Shown piece by piece: positions 46,626 through 64,000 of a stretch of 64,000 bases of DNA (position 1 is the stretch's first letter; each line of letters opens with the position of its first letter). The DNA comes from Podarcis filfolensis (taxonomy: Eukaryota): NCBI GenBank assembly GCA_964270895.1, contig OZ185441.1; one strand, given 5' to 3'. A program made the position numbers and the translations under genes. Under the pieces are notes generated by a model, which made no database searches, was not told the origin of the DNA, and was given only the letters and a program-made list of their open reading frames with translations.

Positions 46626-49600
46626 TTACACCATTGGGCATCCTGTTGGAAAGAGAAATAGGTTAGGCTTTAGGGTTGCCAACATACAGAAAAGCAGTCA
46701 ACACACTCAAAACAGGGAACAACCAGGAAGGCACCTATTCTGCAAACATACAAGGCAGGAAAACTCCTTTTTTGAAGTGCTTGGAGGCTGAAAAGGCCTG
46801 GCACTGGCCTCCACTTGTCTCACCCTCTATCCTTATTGTTATCTCTGTCTCCTAGGGATACCCCAGAGGCATTCTCTCTCCAGGCAGCCTAGCCTGGAAA
46901 GTTGAAAGAATTTGTAGTGCGAGGGAACTCCGGCCAGGTTCCAATGTTATCTAGGGCACCCACAGGCACTGTGTTGTAGGCTCAAGCAAGTGAAGCAAAG
47001 TTTTCTACCTCCAGCTTTAACTTACCCCTCTCAGCCCTGTGCTCTTCTATATAAAATGCTGCCACCATTCATTAGCTTCAATCTCTCAGTGTAGCAAGTT
47101 TCATATTCCTATCACTTTGTGCTGGGTGAAAAGAATAGGCATCCTTCTTTGACAAAAGATTTACTGCTTAAAGAGCTGCTAATTTAGGTAGGTTCTACCT
47201 CCTTATGTCAATTTTATAATGGTTAAAAGCCCCATGACCTAGCTGAAGATTTCACGTGCCTTGCTCACCATCTGAGAGGCCTGAAGGCATCCTAGTGTCT
47301 CTTTGCTGCCTTCAGCAAATCTGAAGCACTGCTTCCAAGATGAAGTTGTGCAAGGACACTTACCCAGAGCTTTGAGTAGCTGCAGTGCCACTGCATTCTT
47401 GGCCTTCTCATGCGCCTCCAAGCCAGAACGTTCTGGCTTGATCCAGATAAACCCACTGAAAGGTGATGGATATTTAGGTATCACCACTTGATACCAGAAC
47501 TGTAACCATCCTTCATGATTCTTTTGCATACATTTTGTAAGAAATACAGGGAGCCCCAGCTGCCGTTCCTTGCATTGCAAATTCAGGTAGTCCAGCACAC
47601 TGCCCACTGCGGGTTGCACAGGCCCAGAAGGTGCTTTGTAGGGGACATCTCTGTGGGGGAAATTGGATGGTGGAATCTCTGGAAAGCCCTGAATGGAGGC
47701 ACTGTGGAGTTCCTGTTTTATATTTGGTTTTAGCCAATCCACTTCAATGTCATCTCCACAGAGGCACAAACTACCTGCGGAACAGAAGAAACAATTTAAA
47801 ATTTGGTTCAAATATAGGCCTCTCCTCACAGTATTCCACCTGCAATTTACAGCAACGCAGGAAAAAATAAAAGTAGACTACATATGAAAGAGACAGCTTA
47901 AAAATATATATATGAATACTAATTGCATTGCTTGCATAATTTGAGTTTGTATGTATGCACTAGTGATAGCTCCAAAGATCTCATCTACATTAAGTGATGT
48001 AATAGTTCTCATAGTGGTTAATATTGTCACTGAAATTTCCATGAAGGTGAAATTGACAGGTAACTAGGTGACCAGTGCCACTTAATAATAATAATTTCAT
48101 TATTTATACCCCTCCCAGCGGCTTCCAGAAAAATATATTTTTAAATAAAAAAGCCAAACATTAAAAACTTCCAGATATATGGCTGCCTTCAGATGTCTTC
48201 TAAAAGTTGTAAAAGTTCTTTATCTCCTTGACACCTGAAGGGAGGGCATTCCACATGGAGGGTGCCACTGCCAGGAAGGCCCTCTGCCTGGTTCCCTGAA
48301 ATTTCACTTCCCGCAGTAAGGGAACTGCCAGAAGACCCTTGGAAGTGAACCTCAGTGTCTGGGCTGAATGATGGGGGTGGAGTTTGGCCCCTGTACTTGA
48401 GTGGTGGATACAATGAAGAGCCAGCTGCACCCCATGCTCCCAGCCTCTATTGCCTATGGTACATGAGACTTTACTGCTATATTTAGGAGACAAACCTTCC
48501 ACAAGCGCTTTCCTGGCGATTGCAGCAGCCTGGTGGGAGCTGTATTTCACCTCTGCCAACTGCCTCTCCCTTCTGAAAGGGCTTGGGTGCAAGGAAACAC
48601 TCAGGACTCCGGCAGTAAGTTCCTGCAGCATTGGAAGAAAGTGTCCCTCTCTCACAGAGAGAGACAAACCATCAATGGAGAGCTCACACTTGTCAGTACT
48701 TCTGCAGACCAAAATGGGGTGGCCGGCCTGGATTTCAAAGGCGTTGAGCACGGCAATAGCATCCTGGGCACTGCGTCTGTTTGCGTATTTTGCATAGGCA
48801 AAGCCACGGTTAAGCCCGCTGAACGTCATCATGAGACGAAATTCATAGAGCCTCCCAACACTCTGGAAGAGAGGAATTAGTTTATCCTCATATATATCCT
48901 GTGGAATCTTCCCTATGAAAATCTCAGAGCCAGGTGGTGGAACACTGCCAGTCCAACCTGCGGAAAAAGAAAAAGACGACGCATAATTGACTTGACTTTT
49001 TTAAAAAAATGTTCCATACAAGGAAAACAACTCAGCAGTTGTACAGAAAAGAAAAATAGCAGCTGATGGTTGTCATTTTAGACGTTCCAATAAAGGAATC
49101 AAATGAAAGTGTCTCTCCATAAGGTTCCATGAGTTGATGGAGGGTGAAAATAATGCTTGATTGTCTTAAAGTAAATAAAAGGATTCCATGTCCTAACCGT
49201 CTTGGCATTTATACCAGCTTCATCCCCATAGAAGATTCTACAGCAAAGGGAAAGACTTCAGGCAGTAGCGTACGTGAATGCAGGCCTTTAGTTTTTAGCA
49301 ATTTTTTTTTACAATTCTGTACAATAAGCAAGTAAAATAGAAAGACTTCATGGAGCTTCTATGGGCTTGGGCATTAGCAGGGAAATCCAGGCTCCCCTCA
49401 CCCACTTTGGGGGGACTCCAGCAACCAGTAATGACAATTGAAAGGTGGTAACCTTTCAATTGCCTCCAAGCAGCTGAAGTACATACAAGTATTTCTAAAA
49501 GTGATCCTTGGGTCACAGATCTGTGAATCCCAGGCGGATAATCTTCCACCTACCTGGTGGGGGGCCACCGTATTTCCTCTGGCCATTGATCTGTACCAGT

Positions 49601-49683
49601 TTGATTCCCGTCTCTTCCACCCAAGCCAGAAGGGCAGTTTTTTTAGCCTGGTTTACTTCCTCGCTCCACGCAGGAGAAGACAT
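46626..49683 (-). CDS. DND1: Dead end protein homolog 1 (germline RRM-RRM-dsRBD-like protein), about 339 aa from the first confidently placed ATG
   Basis: Exons 49683-49554, 48957-48496, 47774-47364, and a probable terminal exon 46642-46626 (GCPMV*). Peptides [66 protein letters not shown] match DND1. The first and last exons are less certain; there may be an additional coding exon at 49999-49982. Confidence 0.92.
48085..48420 (-). mobile_element. L2-type LINE 3' end in DND1 intron
   Basis: Reverse ORF tail [21 protein letters not shown] and a (TAA)n-like tail at about 48083-48095. Confidence 0.65.
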
Positions 49684-49949
49684 CTACAAACACAACACAG
49701 AATCAGGGGGGGCCTTGGGTCATCTTTCGTAATTTGGCACCCCCAAGCATATATTCTCCATAATGAATCTTCTCGATCCAGCTGCCCTGATGGCACTAAG
49801 TGGGGCCCATATTCAGGCCCTTCCAGAAGCAGCAGCCCAGGAACGACGAAGCTTTTGCTCCGCAGCCCCATGAAGCAGAGCGTTTGTTTCTGGAGCACCT
49901 GGGGAACATTCAAGGCACTTTGGGGTCACAACGACCCCGGGGCTGCACT

Positions 49950-51000
49950 AACAAGCCGCTCGGGGGAGGAGTGCAGCTAACCCGGCCAGCTTCGGCCATT
50001 GAAAAAGGTAATGCCCCTCCTGGGCGCGTCCCTCCACGCGGGCGGATTCCGAGCCCGGAGCGCAGAAGTTGAGCAGGTTTTGAAGCAGCGAAAGCCTAAT
50101 CGAGTTTTTCTTTTTTGGGGGGTGGGAGGTGGGGAAACCGGACCAGTACCTCCGTAATCAATCACGGCCAAGAGCGGTCTCGCGAAGACACGTGTCAGTC
50201 GTGAAACACACTGCGCACCCCTTATTTCAGAAACCAAGAGCCTGTTCCCAACTCCTTCGGCGCATTATTATTTTTTTTTGGGGGGGGGGGGGGGGAGTCC
50301 GTTTGCGCGAGAGGACCTCGTGCCGCGCAGCCGACTCCCCCCGCATAACATTGAACTTGCATGGCGAGGGAGGGAAGTAGCGACGGCGGCGCTCCAAAGT
50401 CAGCCCGCCTTTAAGCGCCACGAGATTCTCTCCCAGGTAAGAAGAGCATCCGCAGGTCCGTCTTTGCGCCAGGCGAGCTCTCCGCCCGCCCAAGAACTAG
50501 ATTTGGCTCAGACTCCCCCCCCCCCCATTTCTCTTCCCTCCTACTGGAAAAAGCTAAGAGGCTTCAGTCTACCAACCTGCGCGCCATCCATAGCGCCCTT
50601 CTCGGCCAACGCCTTCCCAGCCACACCCTCCTCCTTGGCGGGGGCGGCCGCTCCTTTTCTAGCCCGGGGGGGAGTTGCTCCCCAGGCCGCTTTCCTCTGC
50701 TGATTGGTAGATTAACAACCCGCCCCCGGGGCGGGGGTCCTGCCTGGTCAGCGGGATCCCTTGCGCGCGCGGCAGGCGCCGTCGGCTTCTTTTGCAGAAA
50801 GTGCGTGAAGCCCGCCCTTCGCTTCGACCCCGAGATCGTTCCCACCACTTTCCAATCCTTTGATTAGCTAGCCCAGACCATTCACACGTGACGCAGCCAA
50901 ATAATAGCGGACTAGGGCCATTAAGCGCGCCTTGCATAGCGCCGGCGGCCTGCTAAGTTCAGGCGCCCGGAGAGCAGCGGCGCCCCCTTGCAGGCTGAAC
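49950..51000. promoter_or_regulatory. CpG island upstream of DND1
   Basis: High CpG density. GC boxes (ccgccccc/ggggcgggg near 50720-50738), CCAAT boxes, and E-box CACGTG at 50885-50890. Confidence 0.7.
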
Positions 51001-51295
51001 TCCTTGGGGTTTTTTTTCCGTAATAAAGCAGCACAGGACCACATTTAAAAATATTCAGAGCTGCTGGTGGGCTATTTATTGAACAGCCTTATGTTGCTAA
51101 CGCGGCAAATTGGGAGGGTTTCTTTTGTTGGTGGTGGCAAAGGCTGAAAGGTCAACTCCTCCCCTCCCATATTATACAGAAATTCAACAGGTGACTATTT
51201 TCTAGGGAGAAAAATTTGACCAATGTCTCACCCTTCCCTGTGGCACAGCCTGCCACCATTGTTGTGCTGACCAGAGAGAGAACTCCTTTGAAGGA

Positions 51296-51425
51296 ACAGA
51301 TAGGTAGCCGTGTTGGTCTGCCATAGTCAAAACAAAATTTTTTTTCCCTTCCAGTAGCACCTTAAAGACCAACTAAGTTAGTTCTTGGTATGAGCTTTCG
51401 TGTGCATGCACACTTCTTCAGATAC
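51296..51425 (-). mobile_element. Penelope-like element terminal fragment carrying a hammerhead motif
   Basis: Shares sequence with 34755-34842 and additionally contains a CTGAAGA-stem-GAAA core. PLE pseudo-LTRs are known carriers of minimal hammerheads. Confidence 0.7.
51388..51425 (-). ncRNA. Minimal type I hammerhead ribozyme motif
   Basis: Minus strand GUAU CUGAAGA A GUGUG-CAUG-CACAC GAAA G C U C|AUAC. Helix I GUAU/AUAC, helix II 5 bp, palindromic AGCU helix III, CUC cleavage triplet (cut between 51392 and 51391). The motif is seen directly; activity is not shown. Confidence 0.78.
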
Positions 51426-52082
51426 ACATATATGCGCCTTTGAAGGAGGGACTCATTCAGCATGCAATCCACTATGTGTGAAAGACACCTTCACCCAATA
51501 CTTAAGAATTAAAGAGAACAGGAAGGAGAGATAAGCCTGACAAGCTGTGAAAACTCCTGAAATATTTGCAGGATAGATTGTCCACACCTGAGTAAAGCAC
51601 CATTATTGTTAATTGAAATACCTGTGAATCACTCACAAAGGCTTCACCAACTTCACTATTCTGCCCAGTCCACACCAGCACCCCCCTTTAAATATATCAT
51701 GGTAAAGATTGTAAGGGTTGCTGTTGCTTACATTTAACTGTACCAATCTGGAGCTCACCTTAAAGACAAGCAATTTTCATACAAGTTTGGCTGGGCACAA
51801 GGCCCATGTTCACTCTTTTGAAAACTTTGGCTATTCTTCTGTTATTTTGCTTAGGGAGAAGTAAGCAGTTCCTGTGAGTAATAATAGGGCTATCAGGTCT
51901 GCTCCTGAGGCAACACCTGGCCAAAGCTAAAACCAATTATATGACATGCAGAGGACTGGTAAAATAGCACCCCTGCTGTGAAATGTGCTTAATTTGAGAA
52001 ATGCAATGGTGGCTGCGCATCATGTTTGTGTAGCTGAAAGGGAAAACATGAACACAGCAGAAAGCATGGGGTTGTAATAAGC

Positions 52083-52088
52083 TTTATT
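52083..52088 (-). terminator. Probable HARS1 polyadenylation signal AATAAA
   Basis: tttatt on the + strand, about 350 nt after the HARS1 stop codon. Confidence 0.65.
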
Positions 52089-52436
52089 AATATAATGCTG
52101 ACAGATGAAGTCAGAACAGGGAGAGTGCATAGACCAGAATGCTGAAAGTGTCATGCACTCTCCCTGTGTAAACACCAAGATGCTCACAGAGCAGATGGCG
52201 TTCCCTAGAAAACAACTCAAAAGGTTTTTTTGAATTATTTTATAGGAGCAACTTTAAAAATAAAATAAAATAATGTCCTGTCACTCCTCAAATCCAGTGA
52301 AAAGCAGCTTCATGGTAAAATAAATACAGCTTTGAGGACCGCCCCCCCACGTCCAGGGATATATTATGAGCAAAACGGGCATTATGTTTTGAAAAGGGTC
52401 TCAGCAAATCTTCCCAAGGGAATCCAGTGAAAACCT

Positions 52437-64000
<11,564 letters not shown>

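Noticed and set aside
49438-50937. Plus- and minus-strand ORFs of 80-180 aa around the DND1 5' region
   Set aside because: Antisense shadows of DND1 exon 2 or GC-rich open frames without homology.

Overview
Eukaryotic vertebrate DNA, most likely a squamate and probably a lacertid lizard, judged from Sauria-type SINEs, Bov-B/RTE, CR1, L2, L1, Rex1, Penelope-like, Tc1/mariner and hAT fragments. The window holds the conserved amniote block CD14(-, 5' part; absent from the ORF track) - TMCO6(+) - NDUFA2(-) - IK(+) - WDR55(+) - DND1(-) - HARS1(-, 5' exons beyond the window). I rebuilt exon structures by hand from splice signals and from similarity to the human proteins as I recall them, and the reading frames are consistent across junctions. 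There are two minor-spliceosome (U12) introns: an AT-AC intron in IK and a GT-AG intron in HARS1. The most unusual element is a minimal type I hammerhead ribozyme motif (51388-51425, minus strand) inside a Penelope-like retroelement remnant between the HARS1 poly(A) signal and the DND1 CpG island. Other leads: a Rex1 LINE beside the NDUFA2/IK promoter, young L1 insertions with intact TSDs, a candidate upstream exon pointing at CD14, likely antisense 3' overlaps, an alternative DND1 C-terminus, and two substitutions at conserved HARS1 residues. No prokaryotic genes, CRISPR arrays, rRNA or genuine tRNA genes were seen, and I found no evidence of a wholly new multi-gene system. Repeat boundaries without TSDs are approximate.
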